The position numbers and the translations under genes were made by a program. Shown one piece after another: positions 39,528-50,169 of a stretch of DNA of 64,000 bases. The DNA is from Ignavibacteriota bacterium (GTDB lineage Bacteria; Bacteroidota; Ignavibacteria; UBA10030). Position 1 is the first letter of the stretch. Each line of letters opens with the position of its first letter. Below the pieces are notes generated by a model that saw only the letters and a program-made list of their open reading frames with translations, was not told where the DNA came from and did no database searches. The DNA lies in contig OY969585.1 in the NCBI GenBank assembly GCA_963701295.1, positions 3,040,001-3,104,000 on the forward strand, read 5' to 3'.

Positions 39528-41936
39528 ATGAAAGATAAAATAAATCGCCGAAAGTTTCTTAAGAGTGCCGCATTTGCTAGCGCAGTGCTACCTCTTTCTA
39601 TGTTCTCTTCACGTGTTTTCAGTCGGGAACGTCCAGCCACTGGTGATATTCCTGTTGATACACAGGGTTTATTGGCGTTATGGTATGATAAGCCGGCCAC
39701 CCAGTGGATTGAAGCCCTTCCCATTGGAAACGGACGGTTGGGTGCAATGGTTTTTGGTGGCACTGAAAACGAACGTTTGCAACTCAACGAAGACACCCTC
39801 TATGGTGGCGGTCCATATGATCCAAATAATCCTGAAGCGCTGAATGCATTACCCGAAGCTCGGCGTTTGATATTCGAAGGAAAATATAAAGAAGCTAATG
39901 ATCTGATCGGTGAAAAAATGATGGCACGACCCATCAAACAAATGCCGTTTGAACCAGTTGGTGATTTAAGGTTAGAGTTTCCAGGACATGAAACCGTTTC
40001 AAACTATCGCCGTGAATTAAATCTCAATACGGCCATTTGTAAAATCTTATACAGTTATAAGAAAATCAATTTTTCACGTGAGATTTTCTCAAGTCCAGTT
40101 GATCAAGTAATCGCCATAAGTTTAACTGCCAGCACTCCGGGTCAGATCACTTTCAATGCATCGATGACCACGCCACAGAAAGCCTCGCTCGAAACTGAAT
40201 TAAATCATACGCTCGTCATGCGTGGACAAAATGCAGAGTCCATGGGTATTCAAGGAGCATTGAAATTCCAAGCTCGCATTCAGGTCATCGCACAAGGAGG
40301 AAGAGCTATAGCAGAAAAAAACAAAATCTCCGTAAGCAATGCTGACTCGGTTGTGTTGTTGATTGCCAGTGCTACAAGTTACAAAAATTACAAAGATATC
40401 AGCGGTGATCCAGAAGAACTAACGAAAGCATATCTAACGAAAGCGGTTACGAAGCAATATGCTCAAATACGCGAAGCCCATGTGCAGGAACATCAGCGGT
40501 TATTTCGTCGTGTTCACATAGATCTCGGCACGTCTGATGCTGCTTTATTACCTACAGATGAACGGCTAACGAAGTTTTTGGAAGGCATTGATCCTCAATT
40601 AGCCGCACTATATTTCCAGTATGGTCGATATCTTTTAATTTCCTCTTCACGACCTGGCACTCAACCTGCAAATCTCCAAGGAATCTGGAACGAATACATG
40701 ACGCCTCCTTGGGAATGTAAGTACACAATCAATATTAACACTGAGATGAACTACTGGCCAGCAGAGCCGACAAACTTACCGGAGTGTCATGAACCTTTAC
40801 TGCGGATGGTAACAGAACTTGTCGAGAATGGAAGTCGAACAGCAAAAGTTCAATATGGTGCTGGCGGCTGGGTCTGTCATCATAACACGGATCTTTGGCG
40901 CGCCACAGCACCAATTGACGGACCACTATGGGGCTTTTGGCCAACCGGTGGAGCGTGGCTTTGTACGCATCTATGGAATCATTACGAGTTCAGCGGAGAC
41001 AAAGATTTTCTGTCAAGAATTTACCCTGTCATGAAGGGTGCCGCACAATTCTTCGTCGAAACGCTTGTTGAGGAACCGAAGCATAAATGGCTTGTAACAA
41101 ATCCAACTATCTCACCGGAAAATATTCACCCGGGCGGCGTGGCAATCTGTGCCGGACCGACGATGGACATGCAAATACTTCGCGATCTGTTTTCATATTG
41201 CATAAAGGCTTCGGATATCTTAGGAATTGATAAAGAATTTAGTACAAATCTTGCTTCTGTTCGTTCACGCTTAGCACCGATGCAGATTGGCAGGGCTGGA
41301 CAGTTGCAGGAATGGCTCGAGGATTGGGACATGGAAGCGCCAGAGCAACAGCACCGTCATGTCTCGCATTTATATGGTCTATATCCAAGCAATCAAATCA
41401 CACAGCAAGAAACACCGGAATTGTTTGCGGCAGCAAAAAAAACGTTGGCAATCCGCGGCGACGTAGGCACTGGTTGGAGTCTGGCGTGGAAAATCAACTT
41501 CTGGGCACGATTACTCAATGGTGATCATGCATACCTGCTTTTGCAAAAGGCTCTGACACCGGTCTTTTCCAAAGAGGTTAATCGTAGTGGTGGAGGTGTA
41601 TATCCTAACCTGTTCGATGCACATCCGCCTTTCCAGATCGATGGAAATTTTGGAGCAACATCCGGCATTACCGAAATGCTATTACAATCACATTTAAGTG
41701 AAATCCATCTGCTTCCTGCCCTCCCGGAAGTGTGGCAGACAGGCAGTATCAAAGGACTGCGGGCAAGAGGCGGTTTCGAAGTGGACTTTGTATGGAAAGG
41801 TGGAAAGCTTTACAACGCGACGCTCAAGAGTGTTTGGGGGACTAACTGTACAGTTCGCTATGGGAAACAAACCCGGACATTCCAAATGAGGCCGGGAGAT
41901 ATTCTTAATTTGGATGGAAATCTGGGACTCAGCTAA
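39528..41936 (+). CDS. GH95 alpha-1,2-L-fucosidase, Tat signal
   Basis: NRRKFLK; [53 protein letters not shown]. Confidence 0.95.
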   Translation: MKDKINRRKFLKSAAFASAVLPLSMFSSRVFSRERPATGDIPVDTQGLLALWYDKPATQWIEALPIGNGRLGAMVFGGTENERLQLNEDTLYGGGPYDPNNPEALNALPEARRLIFEGKYKEANDLIGEKMMARPIKQMPFEPVGDLRLEFPGHETVSNYRRELNLNTAICKILYSYKKINFSREIFSSPVDQVIAISLTASTPGQITFNASMTTPQKASLETELNHTLVMRGQNAESMGIQGALKFQARIQVIAQGGRAIAEKNKISVSNADSVVLLIASATSYKNYKDISGDPEELTKAYLTKAVTKQYAQIREAHVQEHQRLFRRVHIDLGTSDAALLPTDERLTKFLEGIDPQLAALYFQYGRYLLISSSRPGTQPANLQGIWNEYMTPPWECKYTININTEMNYWPAEPTNLPECHEPLLRMVTELVENGSRTAKVQYGAGGWVCHHNTDLWRATAPIDGPLWGFWPTGGAWLCTHLWNHYEFSGDKDFLSRIYPVMKGAAQFFVETLVEEPKHKWLVTNPTISPENIHPGGVAICAGPTMDMQILRDLFSYCIKASDILGIDKEFSTNLASVRSRLAPMQIGRAGQLQEWLEDWDMEAPEQQHRHVSHLYGLYPSNQITQQETPELFAAAKKTLAIRGDVGTGWSLAWKINFWARLLNGDHAYLLLQKALTPVFSKEVNRSGGGVYPNLFDAHPPFQIDGNFGATSGITEMLLQSHLSEIHLLPALPEVWQTGSIKGLRARGGFEVDFVWKGGKLYNATLKSVWGTNCTVRYGKQTRTFQMRPGDILNLDGNLGLS

Positions 41937-41969
41937 TTAGTCTTTGAATTGTAATCTTCAATAATAAAG

Positions 41970-44490
41970 ATGAACTTGTCTAAATTTTCACAAATCAAGA
42001 GAATCAGCAGGCTTCTGATATATGTCTGCTGTCTGACCACATTTACTCTTGCGCAGGAATTTCTACAGCATCGATCCAGCTTTAAGTTGGAAAAGTGGAA
42101 ATTCTATAAAGGAGAAATCCATTCAGCAGAAAGCGCCGGGATTATTGATGAAACCGGTTGGCAAGAGGTCAGCGTGCCACACACGTGGAATGCACAAGAT
42201 GTTCTGACAGACGGACCTCGCTATTACCAGGGGGTAGGTTGGTACCGTACCAGCTTTAGCGTGCAGCGTGATGAAAAGAATAAACGATTCTTTGTGCGAT
42301 TCGAGGGGGTCTCTCTTGTTGCGGATGTTTTTCTCAACGATCATTATTTAGGAAGTCACAAAGGCGGCTATTCTGCTTTCACATTTGAAATCACTCCGTT
42401 CCTCCGCATCGGACAAAGTAATCGAATGTCTGTGAAAGTAAATAATATAACTCAAATGGATGTCGCACCTTCAGGCACATATCTCTATCCCATCTTCGGA
42501 GGAATTTATAGGCCTGTAACAGTTTTTAGTACCAACGACGTTTGTATATCACCGTTAGATCATGCCTCCAGCGGCGTGTATATTCATCCTATCTATGTTT
42601 CCAAGGACACTGCTGATCTCACTATCGAGACATTGATTGATTATCGTTCAATACCTCTTGTGAAAACCCAATCATCGGAACTTCTACCGCCTGAAGGAAA
42701 GAAAGGGATTGGATTATATGGTGAGTATTTTCCAAATCCTGAATTCAGTGGAAGCCCAACACATACGACGGTTGATAATGAAGTGTTGTTTGATTATGGC
42801 AACAAAGGTCCATTTGAAGATATGCCAGTCGATAATTTCTCTGTAATCTGGACAGGTCGATTTATTCCTTCAAAATCCGGTTTCTATAAATTTATTTTGA
42901 AAAGTGATGATGGTTCTCGACTTTACTTCGACGGCAAACAGGTCATCGATAATTGGGGAAATCATGCTGCCCGGGAAAAGACCTATGAAGGTTTTTTAAA
43001 TTCAGGGAAGGAGTATCAAGTAAAAATCGAATATTACGAACAGAGCGGTGACGCCTCAGTAATGTTCGGATGGATGTTTACACCGGAGGATGATCAAGGA
43101 TTGGAAGTACTACTTTCCTCTTCTGTTATTGACAAGAACGGATTAGTTGTCGCTGATGCGCAGGAAAAAATAACATTGAAGAAAAGCGAGCAGAGACAAA
43201 ACACCAATAAAATCCATATCACCAATCCTCACTTGTGGAATGCTAAACGAGATCCATATCAATATACCTTGAGAGTAAGTTTGAAAGATATGAAAGGACA
43301 AACTCTAGACATAGTCGAACAACCGATAGGGATTCGATTTTTTGAAGTAAATCGAGACCGGGGTTTGATCCTTAATGGAAGACCTTATCCTCTCTATGGT
43401 GTATGCCGTCATCAGGAATGGGAAGGTCTCGGACCAGCTCTTTCAGATAAAGAACATATCAAAGATTTTGAACTCATTAAGGAATTAGGAGCGAATGGAA
43501 TTCGTTTTGCACATTACCAACAAGCGGATATTATGTATCGGCTTTGCGATGAAAACGGTTTGATTGCTTGGGCTGAAATTCCGAATACGCCGGCATATCG
43601 CACAAACCTTCCCTCCTATTTACAGAATTGCAAGGAGCAGCTTACTGAATTGATTAAGCAAAACTATAACCATCCTTCGATATTCTTTTGGGGATTATAC
43701 AACGAGATCGATATTCCAAAAGAAGATGTCATCGTACTTAATGAAACCGCAAAGCAACTTGATCCTCATCGACTGACAACGCAAGCGGATAACGTTCAGG
43801 TAAACGGCAGACACTTTGTAACAGATGTTTCCGCATGGAATTGGTACTTCGGTTGGTACTATGGTAACTTTGAAGACTATCTTCCCTGGTATGATAAGGT
43901 TACATAAAGAGCATGCCAACTTGAAAGGCGGATTAAGTGAATATGGTGCAGAGGCTTGCATCGGCCAACAGGAAGAAAATCCTAAACGGCCCGATCCGAT
44001 TGGCAAATTCTTTCCAGAACAGTATCAGCGTTTGTACCATGAAGAAGTATGGAGAGCAATCAAAGACAGAAAGGATATCTGGTGTAAATTCATTTGGAAC
44101 ATGTTTGATTTTAGCTGGACATATGCAACGCGCGGCGATAAACCTTACAAGAATTATAAAGGTCTTGTTACTCATGATCGCAAGGTGAAGAAAGATGCTT
44201 TCTACTTCTATAAAGCTAATTGGTCTGACGAACCTGTTCTGTATATTGTCAGCAGGCGAAATATAAAGCGAAAAGAAGTCCAGGTGCCAGTTGAGGTTTA
44301 CAGCAATCTTCAAAAAGTGGAATTATACGTCAATGGCGCTTTGATTTCAAAGAAACCTATGGAATCAGACATTCACAAAATAACGTGGAAACAGATAGAA
44401 TTAAAGCCCGGAAAAAATCAAATAAATGTTATCGGTTATAAGGGCGATAAAATATTCACCGATGCCTGTGAGTGGGAATACACGAAATAG
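41970..44490 (+). CDS. GH2 beta-galactosidase with PA14 insert, split by an apparent 1-nt insertion near 43898
   Basis: ORF 41970-43907 (GVCRHQ, RFAHYQ, WGLYNE, NWYFGWY) continues in another frame as LHKEHANLKGGLSEYGA...WNMFDF...KGLVTHDR to 44490. Confidence 0.85.
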
Positions 44491-44596
44491 TACGAATGGT
44501 TTAACTTTTATTGCACGATGTGAAGGCTTAGCAGTTATTCGATTTTATTTTTATCTATCTTATAATAAAGGTTATACAATATAAGGAGCATTACCT

Positions 44597-47050
44597 ATGA
44601 ATACGAAAATTCAGAAACCAGGAATGTCATTTTCCCATTCATGTTTTTTCCTTCCAATACTGCTTTTCTTGATTCCATCCATGGCTTTTTCATTAAATCC
44701 GAGAAAGACCGAAAACTTCGGGAAGAATTGGAAATTCAATTTAGGCGACGTTCCAAACGGTCAAGAATCTGGACTGAACGATTCTCACTGGCGAACATTA
44801 GATCTACCGCATGATTGGAGTATCGAAGGTCAATTCAGTAAAGACAATCCTGCCACACCTGGCGGAGGCGCTCTTCCCGGAGGCATCGGGTGGTACAGAA
44901 AAACGTTCAGCTTGCCAAATTCAGAAAAAGGACGATTGGCTTTTATTGAATTCGATGGTGTGTACAGAAACAGTGAAGTGTGGATCAACGGCCACTATCT
45001 CGGCAAACGTCCTTACGGTTACAGTTCTTTCCAATATGAATTGACCCCTTTCCTGAAATACGGGGAAGAGAATAATATTTTGGCGGTCAAGGTTGACAAT
45101 TCACAGCAGCCAAATTCTCGCTGGTATTCTGGCTCGGGAATTTATCGAAATGTTTGGTTGGTGACAACCGAAAAAACTTTTGTCGATCACTGGGGTACCT
45201 ATATCACAACACCACGAGTGAATGGACAATCGGCAAAAGTCGTAATTCAAACAAAAATCCGCAATACATCAACAAAGAATCAGCCAATCATTCTGACGAC
45301 TCTTATCACCGACAAGAACGGCAAGAGAGTGTCCGCGATTGAGGCAAAGAAAATAATTTCAAAGAATTCTTCCGATGAAATTGAACAGAGTCTCACCATT
45401 GAGAATCCGATACTTTGGTCTATTGAGAATCCATATCTGTACAAAGTTCTCACCATGATTGAATCTGACAGCAGTGTATGCGATAGATATGAGACATCCA
45501 TGGGAATCCGTTCGTTTGATTTCGATACAGCAAAAGGTTTTGTCCTGAATGGCAAACAGGTTAAAATCAACGGAGTCTGCAATCACCACGATCTTGGCTG
45601 CCTTGGGGCAGCAGTAAACCGCCGTGCATTAGAGCGTCAATTGGAAATCTTGAAAGAAATGGGCGTTAACGGCATCCGCACATCGCACAATCCTCCCGCT
45701 CCCGAGCTTCTCGATTTATGTGATGAAATGGGATTCATTGTCATGGATGAAGCCTTTGACATGTGGAAAAAGAAAAAAACTGATTTTGATTATTCGTCGA
45801 ATTGGAATGAGTGGCATCAACGCGATTTAGAAGACATGGTTCTCCGGGATCGAAATCATCCCAGTATCTTCGTTTGGAGTATTGGAAACGAGGTCGTAGA
45901 ACAATGGGATAAAAAGGACAGCAGCGGCACAAGTATTGCTAAGGAGTTGTGCTCGTTGATACGAGCGCTTGACATTACCCGTCCTATTACCTCTAATTGC
46001 AATTCCATCGATTCGTTGAATCCAGTGATTCGTGCAGACGCACTCGATTTGATCGGGTATAGTTACAGCCAAAACGAGTATTATAAATTTCATACAACGT
46101 ATCCTGGCAAGAAACTCATTGGCTCAGAAACGGTCTCATCGTTAAACTCACGCGGCTGTTACGATATGCCTTCCGATAGCATTAGACGATGGCCAAGCAG
46201 ATGGGATCTCCCTATCCAAAACACGAATCCTGACTTGACTTGTTCCGCATATGACAATTGCAGCGCCCCCTGGGGTTCCACACATGAAGAAACATGGAAG
46301 GTGATGAAGAAATATGATTTTATTTCCGGGCAATATATCTGGGCTGGTTTCGACTATCTTGGAGAACCAACTCCGTACGTCTGGCCTGCACGCAGTTCTT
46401 ATTTTGGTATCGTAGACTTAGCCGGTTTCCCGAAAGATGTTTATTATATGTATCAAAGTGAATGGACGCACAAACCGGTTTTGCATCTCTTCCCACATTG
46501 GAATTGGAAAGAGGGCCAAACAATTGATGTGTGGGCTTATTCAAATTGCGAGGAAGTGGAATTATTTCTCAATGGGATTTCGCTCGGCACAAAGAAAAAA
46601 AATGCCGATGATCTTCACCTCATGTGGCGGTTGACGTACTCACCGGGCACATTGAAAGCAATCGGCCGTTCCGGCGGGAAGAAAATTCTGACTCAAGAAA
46701 TCAAGACAGCCGGAGTTCCAGCAAAGATCGTACTTGAAACCGATAGAAGCATCATTACCGCTGATGGAAAAGATCTTTCATTTGTCACCGTAAAAGTTTT
46801 AGATGCGCAAGGCACTTTAGTGCCGCATGCAAATAATTTGATTCACTTCGATGTTGCAGGAGAAGGAAAAATAATCGGTGTTGATAATGGACTCCAAACA
46901 AGCGATGAATCCTTTAAATCAGATAAGCGAAAGGCATATAACGGCCTTTGTCTGGCGGTGATTCAATCTACTGAAAAAGCCGGAAGGATTATCCTGCGTG
47001 CAACATCTGAAGGAATGAAAGAAGTGACAACGATCATCAACTCGAAATGA
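44597..47050 (+). CDS. GH2 beta-galactosidase (DUF4982-type)
   Basis: LPHDWSIE, SRWYSGSGIYR, NHHDLG, RTSHNP, WSIGNE, GFDYLGEPTPY. Confidence 0.93.
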   Translation: MNTKIQKPGMSFSHSCFFLPILLFLIPSMAFSLNPRKTENFGKNWKFNLGDVPNGQESGLNDSHWRTLDLPHDWSIEGQFSKDNPATPGGGALPGGIGWYRKTFSLPNSEKGRLAFIEFDGVYRNSEVWINGHYLGKRPYGYSSFQYELTPFLKYGEENNILAVKVDNSQQPNSRWYSGSGIYRNVWLVTTEKTFVDHWGTYITTPRVNGQSAKVVIQTKIRNTSTKNQPIILTTLITDKNGKRVSAIEAKKIISKNSSDEIEQSLTIENPILWSIENPYLYKVLTMIESDSSVCDRYETSMGIRSFDFDTAKGFVLNGKQVKINGVCNHHDLGCLGAAVNRRALERQLEILKEMGVNGIRTSHNPPAPELLDLCDEMGFIVMDEAFDMWKKKKTDFDYSSNWNEWHQRDLEDMVLRDRNHPSIFVWSIGNEVVEQWDKKDSSGTSIAKELCSLIRALDITRPITSNCNSIDSLNPVIRADALDLIGYSYSQNEYYKFHTTYPGKKLIGSETVSSLNSRGCYDMPSDSIRRWPSRWDLPIQNTNPDLTCSAYDNCSAPWGSTHEETWKVMKKYDFISGQYIWAGFDYLGEPTPYVWPARSSYFGIVDLAGFPKDVYYMYQSEWTHKPVLHLFPHWNWKEGQTIDVWAYSNCEEVELFLNGISLGTKKKNADDLHLMWRLTYSPGTLKAIGRSGGKKILTQEIKTAGVPAKIVLETDRSIITADGKDLSFVTVKVLDAQGTLVPHANNLIHFDVAGEGKIIGVDNGLQTSDESFKSDKRKAYNGLCLAVIQSTEKAGRIILRATSEGMKEVTTIINSK

Positions 47051-47114
47051 ATAATTCGGTAATCTCAAAGTATCTTTTTTTTTGCATGACCTGAAATAAT
47101 GGAGTAACAATTAC

Positions 47115-49862
47115 ATGAATACGATAAACAAGGGTATTCAAAACAAACACCTCATGTTAGTATTCTGTGCACTCATCACTGCATGCATAGTTGCTCACAC
47201 CATAAGTTCGGCACAAAATGGATACATCTGGAAAAGTGTCATAGTAGGTGGCGGTGGATTTGTTCCAGGTATAGTATATCATCCGACCGCACAAGGTCTG
47301 GCCTATGCCCGCACTGATATAGGTGGTGCATACCGATGGGATAATTCTGCCGGCAAGTGGATTCCAATAACTGATACGATGTCAAGGAACATTAACCAAT
47401 CAGATTACATGGGCATATTATCGATTGCCTTAGACCCAAATGACACAAACCGTATTTATATGGAGTGCGGAAAATATACACAAACGGGGGCAACATATGG
47501 CGCCGTGCTTGCTTCGACTAACAAAGGAGATTCATGGACGATCATTCCTCTAACTGTGAAGATAGGCGGCAATGAAGATGGACGCGGAACCGGTGAACGA
47601 CTACAGGTTGACCCGAATTTGGGTTCGATACTTTTTATGGGTACTACTACAAGTGGATTATGGAAATCCACGAACTATGCTGCGTCATGGACAAAGGTGT
47701 CGTCGTTTTCACCAAGTAATATCAATTTTGTGCGCTTTGATCCTTCAAGTGGATCTCCAGGAAACGCCACTCAACGAATATTTGCAGCAGTTGTTAACAC
47801 GAGCGGACAAAGCCTCTATCGCAGCGACGACGGTGGTGTTACATGGACCGTCGTTACAGGACAGCCAAACGGTGTCATGGTAATTAGATCTGATATTGCC
47901 GACACAATTTTGTACATCACTATGGCAAACTATCAGGGTCCGAACAGCGCAACCACAGGATCGGTTTGGAAGTACGGAATTCCTCATAGTTCATGGAAGA
48001 ACATTTCACCACCATTAGGTTCGTACGGTTTTAGTGGTATCTCGGTATATCCGAAGAATCCTAACATCCTTATCGTGAGTACACTTGATTGTTGGTGGCC
48101 CGAGGACGAGGTATATATGTCCACCAATGGCGGTACAACCTGGACAAAACGACTGTCAACAGGGATAATAGATTATAGTTATGCCCCGTATATTCACTCC
48201 AACATTCCATCATGGCTTGCAGTTTGTGTGATGGATCCGTTCGACTCAAGCAAGGTGATGTTTGGAAGCGGATATGGAATTTTTGCATGCGATAGTTTGA
48301 ATGCGGCGAAACCGATTTGGCACTTCAGAGATCAAAACCTGGAGGAGACTGTCGCAAATCAAATCATTAGTCCGCCTTTCACAAATTTATTATCCGTTAT
48401 GAGTGATGCTGGCGGATTCAGGCATGATAACCTTGATGTTTCACCGCCGGATAGATTTTACCCTAACAAATGGTCAACAGGTTCGATAGCATTTGCAGGA
48501 AAAGTGCCGTCGAAAATAGTGCAAGCGTATTATAGTCCATCTCCCTTCGGTTCTTATTCCAATGACGGCGGTACCACATGGCATGATTTTTCCTCGTGTC
48601 CAGCTCGCGCAACAGACGGAGGTACTTGGGCGATAGATGTATCCGCTGATGGGAATACAATAGTTTGGGGACCGACAAGCGCATTCTTGTCCTATTCCAC
48701 AAACAATGGAAAGACGTGGACAACCTGTAGTGGAGCGCCGGCGGTGCCACCTGTTGCAGATAGAGTTAATCCAAATAAATTTTATGCTTATGCTGGTACA
48801 CTGGGCAAAATGTGGATATCCACAGACGGAGGCAAGACGTTTAATCAAGGTCTTACGGGATTACCAACGTGGTCACAAACGGATGGAAATACGGTAGCGG
48901 TGCCGGGCCATGAGGGCGATTTGTGGATATGCTGCGGTACAGGAGGACTATATCACTCGATAAATTCTGGTACATCTGCAACAAAAATCAGTTTTGTAAC
49001 AGAAGCGTATCGAATAGGATTTGGCAAGGCGCAAACTGTGGGCGGATATCCAGCAATATATTTATATGGAACTGTCAGCGGAGTATTGGGATTCTTCCGT
49101 TCAGATGATGGCGGTACATCATGGACACGTATCAATGATGACAACCATCAATACGGTTGGATACACCAGATCACAGGGGATCCAAGAGTATACGGCAGGT
49201 GTTATATTTCTGCTGAAGGACGGGGCATATCATACGGACAACCGGCAAACGGTGATACGACTGATAATCCATCGAGCTTCAGATTCCTTACAGTTCCAGG
49301 CGACAGTTTGAGACAATCCTCTCAGAGTATTACAGTTTCATGGTCTAGAGCTTCGGATCCTCAAACCAATCCACTCACGTATATTATACACTTTCTTGGC
49401 CCTACTACAGATTCTACTTTCTTTACAACTGATACCACGGCAACATTCTTTCCAGGAAATCTCCAACCCTCAAGCTCATATATCCTTACTGGCTATGTTA
49501 CAAATGGATACGATACTACTGCCACTTCTAACAGCATTTCATTTCCTTCTGCATTAAATGTAACCGGTGTCAAGGAAATGTCTACAAGTGTCCCCATGAG
49601 TTATGCACTATACCAAAACTATCCCAACCCCTTCAATCCGCAAACCACGATTTCTTATTCGTTACAACAAGTAAGTACTGTTACGCTGAAAGTGTACAAT
49701 CTCATGGGCCGCGAGATCGCAACACTTGTGAAGAATGAGAAAAAAGCACAAGGCAATTATGAAATCACTTTTGATGCTTCGAACTTGTCAAGTGGAGTGT
49801 ATTTCTTCAAGCTGCAGACAGAGAGGTTCATAAAGACGAAGCAGATGGTGTTGGTTAAGTAA
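47115..49862 (+). CDS. GH74 xyloglucanase + T9SS CTD
   Basis: GGGGFVPG, YARTDIGGAYRW (first catalytic Asp), GRGTGERL, SVMSDAGGF (second Asp), Asp-box repeats, GRGISYG; CTD QNYPNPFNP. Confidence 0.93.
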   Translation: MNTINKGIQNKHLMLVFCALITACIVAHTISSAQNGYIWKSVIVGGGGFVPGIVYHPTAQGLAYARTDIGGAYRWDNSAGKWIPITDTMSRNINQSDYMGILSIALDPNDTNRIYMECGKYTQTGATYGAVLASTNKGDSWTIIPLTVKIGGNEDGRGTGERLQVDPNLGSILFMGTTTSGLWKSTNYAASWTKVSSFSPSNINFVRFDPSSGSPGNATQRIFAAVVNTSGQSLYRSDDGGVTWTVVTGQPNGVMVIRSDIADTILYITMANYQGPNSATTGSVWKYGIPHSSWKNISPPLGSYGFSGISVYPKNPNILIVSTLDCWWPEDEVYMSTNGGTTWTKRLSTGIIDYSYAPYIHSNIPSWLAVCVMDPFDSSKVMFGSGYGIFACDSLNAAKPIWHFRDQNLEETVANQIISPPFTNLLSVMSDAGGFRHDNLDVSPPDRFYPNKWSTGSIAFAGKVPSKIVQAYYSPSPFGSYSNDGGTTWHDFSSCPARATDGGTWAIDVSADGNTIVWGPTSAFLSYSTNNGKTWTTCSGAPAVPPVADRVNPNKFYAYAGTLGKMWISTDGGKTFNQGLTGLPTWSQTDGNTVAVPGHEGDLWICCGTGGLYHSINSGTSATKISFVTEAYRIGFGKAQTVGGYPAIYLYGTVSGVLGFFRSDDGGTSWTRINDDNHQYGWIHQITGDPRVYGRCYISAEGRGISYGQPANGDTTDNPSSFRFLTVPGDSLRQSSQSITVSWSRASDPQTNPLTYIIHFLGPTTDSTFFTTDTTATFFPGNLQPSSSYILTGYVTNGYDTTATSNSISFPSALNVTGVKEMSTSVPMSYALYQNYPNPFNPQTTISYSLQQVSTVTLKVYNLMGREIATLVKNEKKAQGNYEITFDASNLSSGVYFFKLQTERFIKTKQMVLVK

Positions 49863-50169
49863 GGACAAACAACGGTTTAGACAATGGATGTGAAGAAACC
49901 CACCGATAAACTGATTAAAAGACAAATACAGAAACATTTATTGATCATGGAAATAATGTTCTCACCTAATCTGATACAAATCATATGACCGGAAAGCAAG
50001 AGTGTCTTCTCCTGCCTTCTGCTAATTGAATCCGATTTTCATTTCACTGTGCGTTATCATAGTTCCCTTTATCTTTTCTCAGAGAAACAATACATCTGTC
50101 GTCTTCATTTTTACAGAATAGCATAGGTTCTTTACTTCGTCTTTCTGTACCGTCAAGTCATTATTCATT

